NCBI GenBank assembly: GCA_024704765.1
Contig: JAKMXF010000005.1
Location: 87,829 to 151,828, forward strand
DNA: 64,000 nucleotides
Direction: 5' to 3'
Origin: Oopsacas minuta
Lineage: Eukaryota; Animalia; Porifera
The notes under the pieces were generated by a model, which was not told where the DNA came from, made no database searches, and saw only the letters and a list, made by a program, of their open reading frames with translations. Numbering within the stretch: the first letter of the stretch is position 1; every line of letters starts with the position of its first letter. The position numbers and the translations under genes are program-made. This document shows positions 25,421 through 38,950 of this stretch, one piece after another.

Positions 25421-26410
25421 TTACAATATTGATTGATTATGTGTTGTTAAATTATCTTGAAGACCAATAGACTGATGGCTGAGGATCAAAAGATTGACTA
25501 CATTGTTAGAATCAAACTTTAAGTCAACCAAATCTTTTCCGATCGAAATATTGTTTTTCATTATCCACTTTTGTAGCTCACGCCTTATACCAAACCTGAT
25601 AAAAAATATTTCCTTCAAAGTATTTATTGTGATGCCAATAGGGACTTCAATCTCTACTATTCTTTCAACTTCTTCAAGGTTTTCAATTACAACTCTTAGT
25701 TTTTCCAAATCATGATTATCTCCCGTAGTTCTATTCTGAAAAACAAATTTTCTATGGGATTCGGGGAGTCCACACAATAAATTAATACAGTATTGACCTT
25801 GAGCAATGTTACCTGTCTCGAGTGCAATTTGGAGGGGATAAGAAAGGGTAGTTAACTCTTCGGTACTTAAGGAAATAATTTCTTCCCCAATATTATCAGG
25901 TCTTAAAAATGGCAGAGGATCCACTAATGGTACATCAATTCCCTCAGATCCAGGTTCGTATTGAATAAGATCTTCGAATTTATTAGCAAAATTGGTTCCG
26001 TCATTTCTAACCAGGAAAGATATCCCCCAAATTTCATCTTTATTATTACGATCATTAAGTTGATACAAATGATCATCCAAATTTCCAAAATATAATTTAC
26101 TAGTGATTGAATATTCAAAGAACTTTACCCCAGATCGCTTTAATGAAGCAGAAACGATACTCTTGCCTTTAACTTTATAGAGTTGTACAACGCAGTTTCG
26201 TGAATTTTCTAAATTAGTCCAAGAATTGTTTGTAGTGTCAAATTTATATAGTGAGCACTGAACGGAATAGATGAATTCTTGAGCACGAGTGTTGAGTTGT
26301 GTTTGAGAATTTCTTGAATAAGCAACATTTCCAGCATTATTACCCATAGATTGAGGTTTATAAGAATGTATTCTGTTAGGCCCAAGAGGAACTTCGACTC
26401 TAGATGCCAT
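25421..26410 (-). CDS. EVH1/PH-like + LTM-like + ubiquitin-like domain protein (SHARPIN/HOIL-1-like), 329 aa
   Basis: Only long uninterrupted non-TE ORF. PH/EVH1-like block (LYKFDTTNNSW..IWGISF..DGTNFANKF); LQIALETGNIAQG resembles the LUBAC-tethering motif; LRVVIEN..VPIGITINTLKEIFFIRFGIRRELQKWI resembles the HOIL-1/SHARPIN UBL. Confidence 0.7.
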   Translation of the reverse strand: MASRVEVPLGPNRIHSYKPQSMGNNAGNVAYSRNSQTQLNTRAQEFIYSVQCSLYKFDTTNNSWTNLENSRNCVVQLYKVKGKSIVSASLKRSGVKFFEYSITSKLYFGNLDDHLYQLNDRNNKDEIWGISFLVRNDGTNFANKFEDLIQYEPGSEGIDVPLVDPLPFLRPDNIGEEIISLSTEELTTLSYPLQIALETGNIAQGQYCINLLCGLPESHRKFVFQNRTTGDNHDLEKLRVVIENLEEVERIVEIEVPIGITINTLKEIFFIRFGIRRELQKWIMKNNISIGKDLVDLKFDSNNVVNLLILSHQSIGLQDNLTTHNQSIL

Positions 26411-28379
26411 AATCTGATAATTAATGTGGTATCGAAGGAGGGTATATATTAGAATAACTAATAAATAAATGAAAACTGATAATAAACCCTATATTATGTA
26501 CATTCTTAAGAATGATCATACTTGCCAACCACCCAAGGATTTGAATCTGATCCAGAGAAAAAATTATTAAATCTAGGGTAAATATTGGATATTTCTGGCT
26601 ATTTTCATATAAAATATTGGAAAATCCATATTATATTTCTGTTTAAAAATAGAAATCCAGGGAAATGTAAAAATCCAAGGATTTCGAGAAAAATATCCAG
26701 GGAAACAATTAGTAGTTAAGTATTAATTATTTTAATCAGCCTGTCAACCATTCTCGAACTACGGCACTAGGAATCATGAGGGAAGGCATTTGCCCCCTCT
26801 TGGATCATAGATGTCCCACCTTAGATCGTGAGTGGCCCCCTTACATAGTCAAAACTCTAGTCTGCCCCACTTGCCAAATTATCTGGAAGAAACAACCTAT
26901 TCAAATTTGTACTTAATTGATAATCTATTAACACAATTAAGCGGAATTTATGCGAGTGTATGTAAGGTAGACACTTGCATACTTGGCAACTGTCCTGTTT
27001 TTTGCTAGACGTTCCGCTCTTTTGGACAAATGTTGAGGTCCAATGAAGCTAATGTTCCGCCAAAACCAAATCCTTAATTGTCCCGCTTCTTGGTAATCCA
27101 GTCTAATACAATTATGCTACGTCTCGCGATGTTCAGCAAATATATTGTCTTCGGCACAGCACTAAATAGGGAAAATATTCATAGTCATGGAATTGCGTTT
27201 TTGAGCTTCGAATATGTTAGGATTACATACATACTATGCAATCCAAAAATATATGTGATTGAAAGTCTATAGTGAATAAACTGGCTAGTCAAAGTTTATG
27301 GACAATAATCATCAAATTCAATTTGGCTGCTTTATATTTATTTTTGTTATTTCTTCTTCCACAGCCTAAATATAGCATTTCCTCATTCAATTGAAATATT
27401 AAATCTAATCAAATGGAGTTTCCGAAATATTTGTCCCTATCCAAAATGCAATAATGTCCAATTTGTCAATACAATGATACATTTAAATCTCTTATATATT
27501 TAAACTCGATGTATTTTTTAATGAATGAGGAACTGGTAAGAGCTGCATAGCTGAAATTTAGCAGGTGTATGGAAGGTAATGAATCTAGTAACATGTTCCA
27601 AGATCTGAGCAATCTCAAAAACCTTCCGACATAGGTGTCAAAATGTATTGGCCTATCAGAATTGAAGGTCTACCAATTGGGATCAGGGCGTTCGCTAGAT
27701 TTGGCTAGCCCGAGGCAGGAGCGGGGAATGAATAACAACTGGGACATGTTTTTACAAGCCGACAAATACAATTACAGAGTATAGAGGCTTAGTTCAAAAT
27801 GTTTGACTTAGTATATACGTATATACTGTGGAGTCTCCTGAAACGGACACCCCGAGAAACACAATCCCTCTAATATGGATAAATGTTTTGCTTTTCTATT
27901 CTCATCTTTAGAGATTAAGACACCAAATTTGGCATGTGTACTCGTAGTGATATCTAGTCGTACACCTGACATTTGAAAGATTTCTGATATATATATTTTC
28001 ACACTTTTTGAGACCTCTGTATTACAGACCAATCAAATTGTAGGGTTTATAATTAGGCTTAATTGCATAAAATTAGTTCTGGTAGAGACCCGTGGAGTTC
28101 ATGTCGCCATATTAGCACCGTAATGTATTTGTATTGCATGTAGATAGTAATTCTATTGGTAAATACATGTTATTTAGTGTATATACACAATACACTTAAT
28201 TACCATATAATTAATCATATTATGAGTTAATGCGATAGCATGGACTATTCATTACATACAATGGATGTCAAGTAAGTTTATTGTAGTATACAATTTTTTT
28301 TCACATCCCCATGACTATTAGTAAGTTTGTGTATTTTATTTGCATTTCCCAGACTATAATATAAACAAATCTATTTTGG

Positions 28380-28700
28380 TTCTCTTGCATTCTTATTCCT
28401 GCCTCTAATCTAGGCCAATATATCACTGCGATGCTATTATGGGTTTTTTCTCCTGCATATATTCTTGCCAGTATCTAGACCAACCTATCCCCGCGAGGCT
28501 ACTATAGGTTTTTTCTCTTGTATTCTTATTCCTTCCTTGTAGTCTAACTCATACTATCCCTGCGAAGTGATTAAGCCTTTTTCTCCTGTATCATATCCCT
28601 CCTACTAATCTCTATCACTGTTTTCCAATACTTAACTTGCAAACTTGTTTCTTGTATTCGCATTCCTTCCCGCTATCTTGACTGTCATTCCGATGTTTTT
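28380..28700. repeat. Degenerate ~66-70-bp tandem repeat (4-5 units)
   Basis: Recurrent TTTCTC(C/T)TG(C/T)AT..TATTCCT..ATC(A/C)CTGCGA blocks. Confidence 0.5.
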
Positions 28701-29599
28701 TCCCTTTTCTATGAATATTTCTCCTTTGTGGATTGTTGCTATTTGTGATTGTACTTGGGATTCCTCTCACTATCTGATTTGGTACTGTTGTTTAGCCAGC
28801 TAAAACACTGTCTCCCTGACCTTTCTCTTATTTATTTCTCTTATTTTCTTTTGCATTTCCAGTTTGGAACTTGAAATAAGACACTTGCATCTACCCTACT
28901 GAATATTCATTACTTGGATCGAATATTGATCATTGATGACGCTTTTCTGTCTAAGGTTTTATAATGGTAAATGGAAATTTCTCTGTTGTGCTAATGTCAC
29001 TTCTCAACCCTTTCTCTAAACACTTACTATCAATTAGTCTCTTCAATCAGCTAAGTTTCGGTGTACTAGTTTTTGGGTTTACTATCATTGAAAATTTCGG
29101 AATACCGACAATTCGCACCTAATTTGATTGGTCAATTGATTCCGAATATGATTTTTAGCATTATATAATCAATTTTTGTTGTTATTTATGTACATAAAGT
29201 AAAGAAATTTCAAAATGTTCGTATACTTTTAACGGCTACAGAGGTAATCGAGTGTTCGAATAGCGTATCGTGAATATTCGACTTAGAGAGTGACTTTCAA
29301 AACATACATAGGATACTTAGTAATACATAACACAAATTACTGGTTGATTAGGAGTAACCTAGGCGCCCGAAAGGTACCTATTGAGGACGCTTTGTGTCCG
29401 CAACCGCGTACCGCAAGGAAGTGTAGCTTGTATATGTTGAAAATTTGAACTATACAAGTAGTAAAGTATGGATTGCACAATCTGTGATCAAAGAATTTAT
29501 CCATACATTTGGAATAATACAAATAAAATCATTCCGGATTTATCATAATACAATTTGAAGCTGTTCTTCTATGGAAAATCTTTCTTATATTTCCCCACA

Positions 29600-30500
29600 T
29601 TGAGCTGGCCTAACTCTTCGTCATGTGTGTAGGCAGATTGCAGTCCTACAGACTGCACATGTCGTCAGATATTCTGTGTGAGGTGGAAGAAGCAGCACTT
29701 CACTACTGTGTTGGGCTAGACATGCTCAAAGCTGGTAATTGCGCCCTTCTCAAAGTCCAGGAGCATCTGTTGAGGCTGGGCAAGTGGACACAGTAGGCGG
29801 ATCTGTTCCCACATCCTCAGGTAGGCAGCCTCCGTCTTGTTGGGCAGTAGCACGAACAGGCTCGGTAACAAATGATCAGTCTTCATAGGATCATCTCCGC
29901 CACGGAGTACATGCACCACATACACCTGGGCGAAGAGTGGAGGTGCCGTCTTGAAGGTGCCATCAGCTAGCCAGATCTTGCTTCGCTGCAGCATCCCGAG
30001 GTTGTGTTGTGTCGCGAAGATGAAGAATCTGTGTACATCGTCTGCACCAGAGTCGTAGAGTAAGAACTGTTCTCCCTTGGCTGTCTGCTGGTAGACTGCT
30101 GGTAGAGCTAGCGCTGCTAGAGTGGTAAGCTGTGCTGGGGCTGCAAGTAAACTAGCACGTTGGCGTTGTATCATCCGCTTCAGGCTGTCCAGTTTGGGGA
30201 GTTTAGCAGCAGTACCCTCTGATGCAGTTTGCAAACTCTCGCTCACTATGTGGTGTGTGCTATCCTGGGACTCCCGTGCTTTCCTCTACATGCCTGCCTT
30301 CGCTTCACAACAACCCGCTGCCTGCTCGTCAGGCCCATGGGAGTGCTCATTCGTGCGCTTGACTATCACCATCCCTTTGGTAAGAACTCTAGCTTTGCAG
30401 ACTCCTCTTTGCTCACACAACCAATGCGTCACATCTCCAACTCTCCTCTGCACTCCAATAAATATTCATTCTCCGACAGCTTATCTCCGCCACTTTGTAA
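29600..30500 (-). pseudogene. FLYWCH-MULE (Phantom-like) transposase fragment
   Basis: WLCEQRGVCKAR..EHSH; WLADGTFKTAPPLFAQVYVVH; DFEKGA; CCFFHLTQ; stops and frameshifts; no termini found. Confidence 0.85.
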
Positions 30501-30838
30501 CTTGATCGGCCTAAAAGTCGGCTGATCAAGAGGTTCCGCCATAAGGATTATTAGATTTCAAAGACACAAGTAATAAGTAATATTGAGAAAACGAATCTGA
30601 GTTAGAACTAGATCATTTCTATTTATGTCCGAGGATTGCAAATATCACAGGTGATCACATCCTGTTTACTACATTCCTCTTTACCAAGTATAGCCCTAAG
30701 AGTATTTACTTCGTGTGTATTTACTTAATACTTACTGTCGCAATCTTTAGAATTAATATCATTAAATGGATTCATGGAATCATGTCATCTAAAATTCGAA
30801 TTATCTATCCAATTAAGATTTTCCGTGTGTAGGTATAA

Positions 30839-33132
30839 CACTGCCCTGCGTCAAATTTGCTGATTATTATCCATGGGTTGTTTTTAGTTAACTTGAGTAT
30901 GCTGATTCTCAATCTGTCATCAGAATTCCCCTATCACGTCTCGTTTTTACTCAAATGTCATTTTAATGTAAGTCGATTTTTTTAAGTACACTTCCCTAGA
31001 ATAAATGATTATATTTGATACATGTGTGAATTTTTGTCTTTTGAAATAAACAGATGCGTGCTTTATTGCATTTTCTAATTAGTCCCTTTAACTCCATTCT
31101 TTTCTTCATAATTTTTTAATTTTTATTTTTGTTATATACAGCTTTATTGTACTATAGTCTACTATTTTGATATTTTATTATCATATGGCTTATCGGAGAA
31201 GGTGCAGTAATGATCCAGACGTCTTTTGTTATATTTGTGGGAGTTTTATTACTTCTAAACAAACTACGGCAATAACAGGATTTGTTAAAAAAGCATATTT
31301 AGAATATTTTGGAATGAGATTAGGTGATCAAGACAAAACATGGGCTCCACATACAGTGTGCCGATCTTGTGTAGAAAATTTGAGACAATGGACAAAAGGA
31401 ATCAGAAAGAGTTTAAGTTTTGGAATTCCAATGATATGGAGAGAGCCACAAAATCACATTAGCGATTGTTACTTTTGTATGGCGAATATTTCCGGATTCA
31501 ATGCTAAAACCAAGTCATTGATCAAGTATCCAAATTTACATTCAGCAATACGACCCGTTCCCCATTCTATTGATGTACCTGTTCCAAAATTTACTAATTT
31601 GGATGTTATCTCGGAAATTGATGATTGTGAAACTAGAGATTCATTAATTAGAGAAGATGAGGATTTTATTCCGTGTGTATTATCTCGTTCTAATTCTTCA
31701 CAGTTATTTAATCAGTCTGAATTAAATGATTTGGTACGTGATTTAGATTTACCTAAAGAATCTGCGGAGTTGTTAGGTTCTAGGCTAAAAGAAAAAAACT
31801 TGCTTCTCCCAGAAACAAAATTTTACTCATATAGGAACAGAGAGATCGAATTTTTGAAATATTTCATAATGGAAGACGGATTTGTGTTTTGTCATGATGT
31901 TTCACCGCTAGTTAATGCTCTTGGATGTCCGTATGTACCTAATGATTGGAGACTCTTTATTGATAGTTCAAAACAAAGTTTGAAATGTGTTCTACTTCAT
32001 AATGGCAACAAATTTAGTTCCATACCAATTGGACATTCAGTAAGTTTAAAGGAACGATATGATAACATGAAAATTGTGCTTCATAAAATTAATTATCACC
32101 AGCACAATTGGGTAATCTGTGGTGACTTAAAGATCATATGCATTCTTTTGGGAAAGCAATCAGGATATACAAAATACCCTTGTTTTTTATGCTTATGGGA
32201 CAGTCGTGCAAAGAGCTAACACTATTCTAGACAGAGCTGGCCAGCTAGAACCAATCTTAATGTTGGAGATAAGAACATTATTCACGAGCCTCTAGGGGAT
32301 CCTCTCAAGATTTTGCTTCCACCACTTCATATAAAATTAGGATTGATGAAACAGTTTGTAAGGGCATTAGATAAAGAAGGAAATTGTTTCAAATATATTA
32401 CCGAGAAATTTTACTACCTAAGTGATGAAAAAAGAAAAGCCGGTATATTCGACGGTCCTCAGATAAGACAACTTGTTCGAGATGATAATTTTCAAATTCT
32501 ATGATATGCAAAGAAAAATGTGCATGGAATGCATTTGTAGATGTCATGAAAAACTTCTTGGGAAATACGAAATCTCCTAATTATAAAATACTTGTGAATG
32601 AGTTGATTGAATCTTACAAGAATCTCGGCTGCAATATGAGTGTAAAAGTTCACTTTCTTCACAGTCATATTGACTATTTTCCAGAGAATCTTGGAGCTGT
32701 TTCCGAGGAGCAAGGTGAACGATTCCACCAAGACATAAAAACAATGGAAACACGATATCAGGGGAGGTGGGACGTTCATATGATGGCTGATTACTGCTGG
32801 TGCCTCAAGAGAGATTGTATTGATGTTATTCATGCTAGAATGTCAAAAAAACGGAAATTTACTCCTGATTCAGACTAATATATTCAAATTATTTATTAAC
32901 TAAGATTATATTATCAATAAAAATTTATAAATGGCAGATTTTCACTATTTTACTTGTAGAGGTATCATGCATTCATCGATAAATATACCAATATTTAAAA
33001 ATAATTTTGCAAAAAAACTAGACGTGATACGTATATTTTACAAAATTATTCAAAATCAGTATTAAAATGTGGATTAGAAAATGTTTTGCAATAACAATCA
33101 GCAAATAAAATTTTTTTTTCCGCAGGGCTGTG
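30839..33132 (+). mobile_element. Chapaev3-type (CMC) transposon, full length
   Basis: CACTGCCCTGCG...CGCAGGGCTGTG termini with 3-bp TAA TSD on both sides. Confidence 0.9.
31185..32878 (+). pseudogene. Chapaev3 transposase with one stop (32217-9) and one frameshift (~32500)
   Basis: FCYICG, DQDKTWAPH, WREPQNHISDCYFC, LFIDSS, GDLK..YPCFLCLWD, LPPLHIKLG, KVHFLHSH, SEEQGERFHQ, MADYCW. Confidence 0.9.
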
Positions 33133-34154
33133 TAATTATTAGAAAATTGATTATTTACGTGTCTTAGATTAAATTAATTAACTAATATCATATCAATTGA
33201 CCAATCAAATTAGGTGCGAATTGCCGGTATCCGGAAAATTTCACCTCATGCTAGCCGCTTGGCTCGCTCGCGCTACGCGGTTGCGAATACTGTATTTGCT
33301 TGTAACTCGCCACATTGAGTTTGGAATTTTCTTTATCGTGGCATCAATCATTCATATATAAGTAATTGAATTAAATTCTGATTCAGGGCACATGAATACC
33401 CATGTAAAGCTGTTAAAAACAAGTCTCTACGTGTATTAAAGATTTCAACCATTTGTTTACTATATATTCATAAATATAACAAGTTTATTTATGATTAAAT
33501 TATAGTCAAAATCTCAAATCGTCTGTGTCGGCCTAGATTTTACTAAATTTACTTTAGTTGATTTTATAAATCTATTTTGTTCTACTAAATGTCCATTTTA
33601 GCAAAGAAAGATAATTTTGAATTTTACTAATATTTTAGACATTAAAATATGTGAAAATATAATTCTACGTTCTGTTTCCCCATATTTACCAAGTATAAGC
33701 TGTCCTGTAAGATAATTTTGATATGTTCACCAAAATGTATGAGAATATGATTAATAATTTGATAAATCAGTGTGTATATATTTAATAGAATGTATTAACC
33801 CAGCTGTCTCAAACTGCTGGCCCGCGGGCCGGATGCGGCCCGCAAACTCACTTTTTTTGGCCCGCGAAGCCTTGATGTATCTGGAGCAATATATGTGCAC
33901 TTTGGATCACTTTAATTATCTTTTAAATCTACCATGTATTCCATTCGTGATTGCCTTTATGTTTTTCCATTTATTTCAGATCCACCCTAAAATATATATT
34001 TCATATGACATTATAGAATGTTTGTGTCATTTATGCATTAATATAGTTTTGTTTCATTTCAGAAAAATGAACCGATTGTGCGAGATTATACTAGTTTTAA
34101 GGCCTCAATTACACAATAAGTGAAATGTGAGTATTCTTATTCATAGTTATGTAA

Positions 34155-35360
34155 CACTGGGCAACATCAAATCTATTCCTCAAATGAAAATATATTACCT
34201 AGACTAGCTTTGGGATGCTGATTCCAAATCTGAAATCAGAATTGGTCTATCACGTCAGGATTTCAAGATATGAAAATTCACGAAATTCGGATATTGCATT
34301 GATTGGCACTATATTATAAGGTACTATACAGTACAAGTTAGGCCTATTGTACAATTTTCTTTTCCAGCGAATTGTTGGTCAACAATGCATATTATGTACG
34401 GTTAATATTAACATTATTTTGTAAATGTAATGTTCTATCTTTTGACAATTAATGCATTCTTGAGTGTTCTTAGCCATGGCTATAAGGAGGGGTTATTTAG
34501 CCTACTTGCGGGTGGATTGTAGACTGTATCGATAAACTAACAACATTACTGTTTTGCAGAATTTTTAGTTTGTAACTGATTGTGTATTTAAGCTTTTTGT
34601 TTACAATGAATACGAGCAGAAGACAATGCACGAACCACCCGGATAACTTCTACTATATTTGCGGAAAATTTACGCCGAAGCCCCAACGAAGAAATATTGC
34701 CAATCGTGTCAAGATTGGCTACAAGTATTACTTTGGCTGCAAAGTTGGTGACCAAGACAAGAACTGGGCACCTCACATCTGCTGTACCGTCTGCTATGCC
34801 AGTCTAATCCAATGGCTTAATGGAAAGAAGAAATCCATGCCATTTGCGGTACCTATGATTTGGCGAGAACCTAAAAACCATACGTCGAATTGTTATTTTG
34901 CACAACAAATATTGCTGGATTTTCGACCTCTATACCGTGATGGAATCGCGGTATAGAGGTCGATTTAACCCAAACATGATGGGGGACTACTGCTGGTTTC
35001 TCCAGCGTGAAACTGACACTGAACATGCTCGAAAGAGCGAGTGTATAAAGCACTTTTGAGAGGATACAATGTTATTTTTGTCTGATTTAATCATCCTGGG
35101 TTGTGTTAAATTGTGCAAAATGATAATTCTGTTATTTTTACTAGCAATCATTGTGTTTATTACATGTAATGTTTTGTTCTGCACAGCCAAAATTAGCCAA
35201 AATGACAATTACGGGTTGTTGTGTGCATATGTCATATCTCAAAAACGTGACGTGTTAGAAAAAATCTAAGGCCAGATTTGGATTCAGCATGGCCATATTA
35301 GTCTAGGTAAACTTGAAACGAGCAAGGAATAAAAAATAAGTTGTAAAATGTTGTCCAGTG
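34155..35360 (+). mobile_element. Chapaev3-type internal-deletion derivative (1.2 kb)
   Basis: CACTGGGCAACA...TGTTGTCCAGTG, TAA TSD. The N-terminus (YICG..WREPKNHTSNCYF) is joined at ~34930 directly to the C-terminus (MESRYRGR..MMGDYCW). Confidence 0.88.
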
Positions 35361-36069
35361 TAATCATTTCTATTCGTACTATATAGTGATTATAAATTCA
35401 AAATATAATTGCTCAATATTCCGTTGTGTCTGGTTATGACAGGAAATATAATGACGAAATGCTAGATTCCTATTACCAAGGTAATTTCAATTGGCTAACT
35501 CTAGAAAATTAATCACACATGTTGTAATTGAATTAATGCCTATATTTGATTCTAGACAAATTAAGGAGCACCTGGTAGCAGAATCTAATCAATTCGTCAA
35601 CTATTGATGATATAATTCATGATTACATATAAAATTCCAAAATAACAAAACAAATATTCGATACTTTGGAATTATACTGCATATTTCTCAAAGAATAATT
35701 TTGTAATCCAATAATTAGAGCTTAGGATATCATGGCCATATATGCACTTTATAAACAACCACTAATAAGATCCAATAACATATCACTTTTTTCCAGTATT
35801 CACACATACATTGTCAGTTGGGCTATCTGAAGAAATTTGGGGTAAATTCATTAAATTTTCGAAATGTTTCATAGTGATTCCTGGGATTTAGTTAAGTATT
35901 GCAGACTATTATTGCATATAAAAGTTTAAAATACTAGGTTTCGACATTGCATACTCTTCAGTATTTCGGTTCAGAAATAGATCTAGACAAATATAATTAC
36001 AAAGAACAACACAATAAATATAACATACAAAACACAATCTATATTATTATGAACATTCGATGAAGATTG

Positions 36070-38606
36070 GTTTTTTAACTAATCTTCATCTGAATCAACG
36101 TCATAATAATCTAAATCCAAGCAGGCAAAATGATACCAACCTTGACACTTGTCACATTCGATCTATTTGATCTTGCCTTTTGGTATAGGTGCACCTAGGC
36201 CAATACCAATTGTCCCGTCCTTGTATGTGTGTCCACATAATTCACACATGCAATCATCCGTATTCTCACCAGATTCGATCTCACTCTCACTAGTATTTTG
36301 TGCTCTACTAGATATTGGAAGGGGAACTACTTCTTCACTGTCACTGACACTGTCTGTATCCTTTCTTCCTGAAGTATACTTTCCTGAGTGATACCCTTCA
36401 CCATGTTTGCGAATTTGAACTCTAACTTTCTTGCCGCGTCTTTGCTTCCTTGCGAATTTTCGTTGCTGGTTTCGGAGGATATAGTGACTGTGTTTTATCC
36501 TCTTGTTGTCTAATTCCTGAAGTCTGTCGGATAAATGTGGTCCGGAGACGATTTCAAGGGTCTTAAACACCTTTTGGATACCATGATATCCATCATTGAA
36601 TATAATAACTGCTAAGGCTGATCCAATCCTCAATACGTCTAAGCCGACCGAATCTGTCTTCTTCACCATGCTGAAGAGGATGCTATGGATAGCCTCGTTG
36701 TTGTTTGACGTTCGGCCGCCGCTGATCTTGTGAATGAATGATGGCGTATCTAATTTGAAGGATCTGGATGTTACGTCAATAATGTTCACAGCGTCATGAG
36801 ATAAATAATTGGGATGATGTGGTGGGGGCTTCTTGTCAACGATGGCGGCTTGGTATTGACACCAACTGTTCTGTATGCTGAGGTAGTATTGATGGTTGTT
36901 TACTGCGTTCTTGTTATTTGCCTCAAGGTGGAGTGGTATAGCCTTGATGGCTCGAATGATTGCTTGAACATCTCCTTTGTTCCTCTGAACTGCAAGGCGA
37001 TAGTAGCTTGCAATCTGTCCACACATCGCGTTGGAGAGATGTTTGATTTCGAGCGACTCACTAGTTGAATGCGTCTAATTTTCCCTAGGAGTAGATTGTC
37101 TCTTCAGGGTACCACGGTATCCACCCTCTAACTGTTTGCTGGCCTCTTTTTTGGAAAGTCCCTTGTCTTTCATGAGGTCTTTCACATAAACAGACTTAGA
37201 AACTCTTGCCTCCTGTCTCTTAGAAAGAATCGCCTTTAACATCTTACAAACATGACTAAGACACTCCAGCCTGTCAATCTGAAACTCAAGCCCGTTTTTG
37301 ACATAGATGTCGGCTTCCTGGAGTGCTAAGTCGGCCTTGTTGTCGCCATCTGATACGATTCCGGGAAAGACAATGCCGCGTTCAAAAGCCTGTCTGACAA
37401 CTTTCGGCGCCAATTGGGATTCTAGATGAATAGACGCGTATTCAGAAAATTCTCCTGTACAAACTTTCTCATGTGACTGGTACCAGAGATGATGTTCCTT
37501 TGTAGTGATGGCATTATCCCTCAACTTGTTTGCATAAATAGAGCATTGCTTGCAACTATTACATGCCACATCGTACGCAACAACTTTACCGGTGCCCACT
37601 GCAATGCTGAAGCGTAGCAATAAGGACTAAATCCTCCACCAGATTTCTTATTTCTGATCTGGTATGCACCGTCATAAGAGGCCACAATATGCACACAGTT
37701 TGATACATGATTGAGTCCATGAAGAATCTCGAGTTCGTTCTTTGCAGCCTCCATGCTTGTATTCGCTAGAAACTCGCACACAGTTAGTATATCCTTCTGG
37801 GCACGGAAGAATGTGGGAGCAGAAGGTGGAAGTATGATGTCTAGTGTAGCGTGGTATAATTGCAGCTTAGAATGTCCACATCCAATGAGTCTACCCCCAA
37901 GGATACTAGAGTAGACATAATCATTGCGCTTGACAATCTTCAAGTGCCCACTTGAATCTTAGATCTGAAATGTCCAGAGATATTGAGGAAACTCGTATAC
38001 TGATAACACTTGGCACAACGCAACATGAGCTGCATTGGACAGGAAGACTTTGAGGATGTTTGAAAAAGTTCGAGTGAACCAAGTTGGCAGTGCCGACACA
38101 CAGCCAGCCTTTCAAAACTGTCATAAATCGCGCCACGTCCAGTACTAAATCGCCTCTTACTAGAAAGACGTCAGTAGCGGCAACTCTTTCGTCTTCACCA
38201 CGTACATTGATAGTTGTACGGGACGGACGAAATACTTCTCGGAATTCCAATTATCGGGCTGCAACAGTATCGGAAAGTACACATACTGAGGGACTTCTGG
38301 AAGGATCGCTGTTTTCTTCCCTAATTTCACAAATTTGGAACCAAATGGAGCCAAGTACTGGTTTCCTCGGAAAGTTCTCTTCTTGGAATAGGGTTTCTTC
38401 TTCCTGATGGCTGGTAAAGAGAACTGTCCTAAAGTTTTACTCACAGATGGAGTGAGTGAAAGATCTGATATACGCATCTGAGAACAGCTGGCAGATTTGA
38501 CAGTGACTTCACTCTCGCTAGGGGAAGATGAGGGAAGGTATGTGGTATCCTGGATGCCATGAAATAGAAGTAAAGAATGAGCTATTATAAAACAACAATT
38601 TGTCAA
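36070..38606 (-). pseudogene. Kolobok/Mutator-like DDE transposase with C-terminal PHD finger
   Basis: KKRTFRGNQY, SYDGAYQ, GKVVAYDVACNSCKQC, IVSDGDNK, ECLSHVCK, SWCQY, TSNNNEAIHS; tail CELC..*IECDKCQGWYHFAC. Superfamily assignment is from recalled motifs plus TTAA. Confidence 0.7.
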
Positions 38607-38950
38607 GGGTCACTAAGGAAATAGTCTCGGTAAGGATAAGATAATTCAAATAGAAATGTATCTGAAATTTTCTACTATATACTACTTGAAGTACATGCCA
38701 ATGCTCGACAAAATCAGAAATTCGTGCTAGCTAACTTAGCAACCACCTCGCATAACTAAGCCAGTATTTGGTTGCTTAGGTAAATCTTTGTGGATTATTA
38801 ATGGTTTCTTGTGGCTTGAACTACGAATTCTGATTGAGGGTAACTACTCTTACGGTAGGCGGCATAGCCCTGTGTAATACTATTCGGTTCGATGACTTAG
38901 GTTACAATTCACGACGCCTATGACCATATACACTATTTTATCCATATTAT

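Noticed and set aside
29092-33290. TIR pair or Helitron 3' ends around 29092-29430 and 33190-33290
   Set aside because: The shared blocks are inverted but in an order inconsistent with one TIR pair, and the CTAG end lacks the expected following T. Treated as unassigned repeat fragments.
35561-35585. TTAA|GGAGCACCTGG as a Kolobok terminus
   Set aside because: No matching inverted end found.
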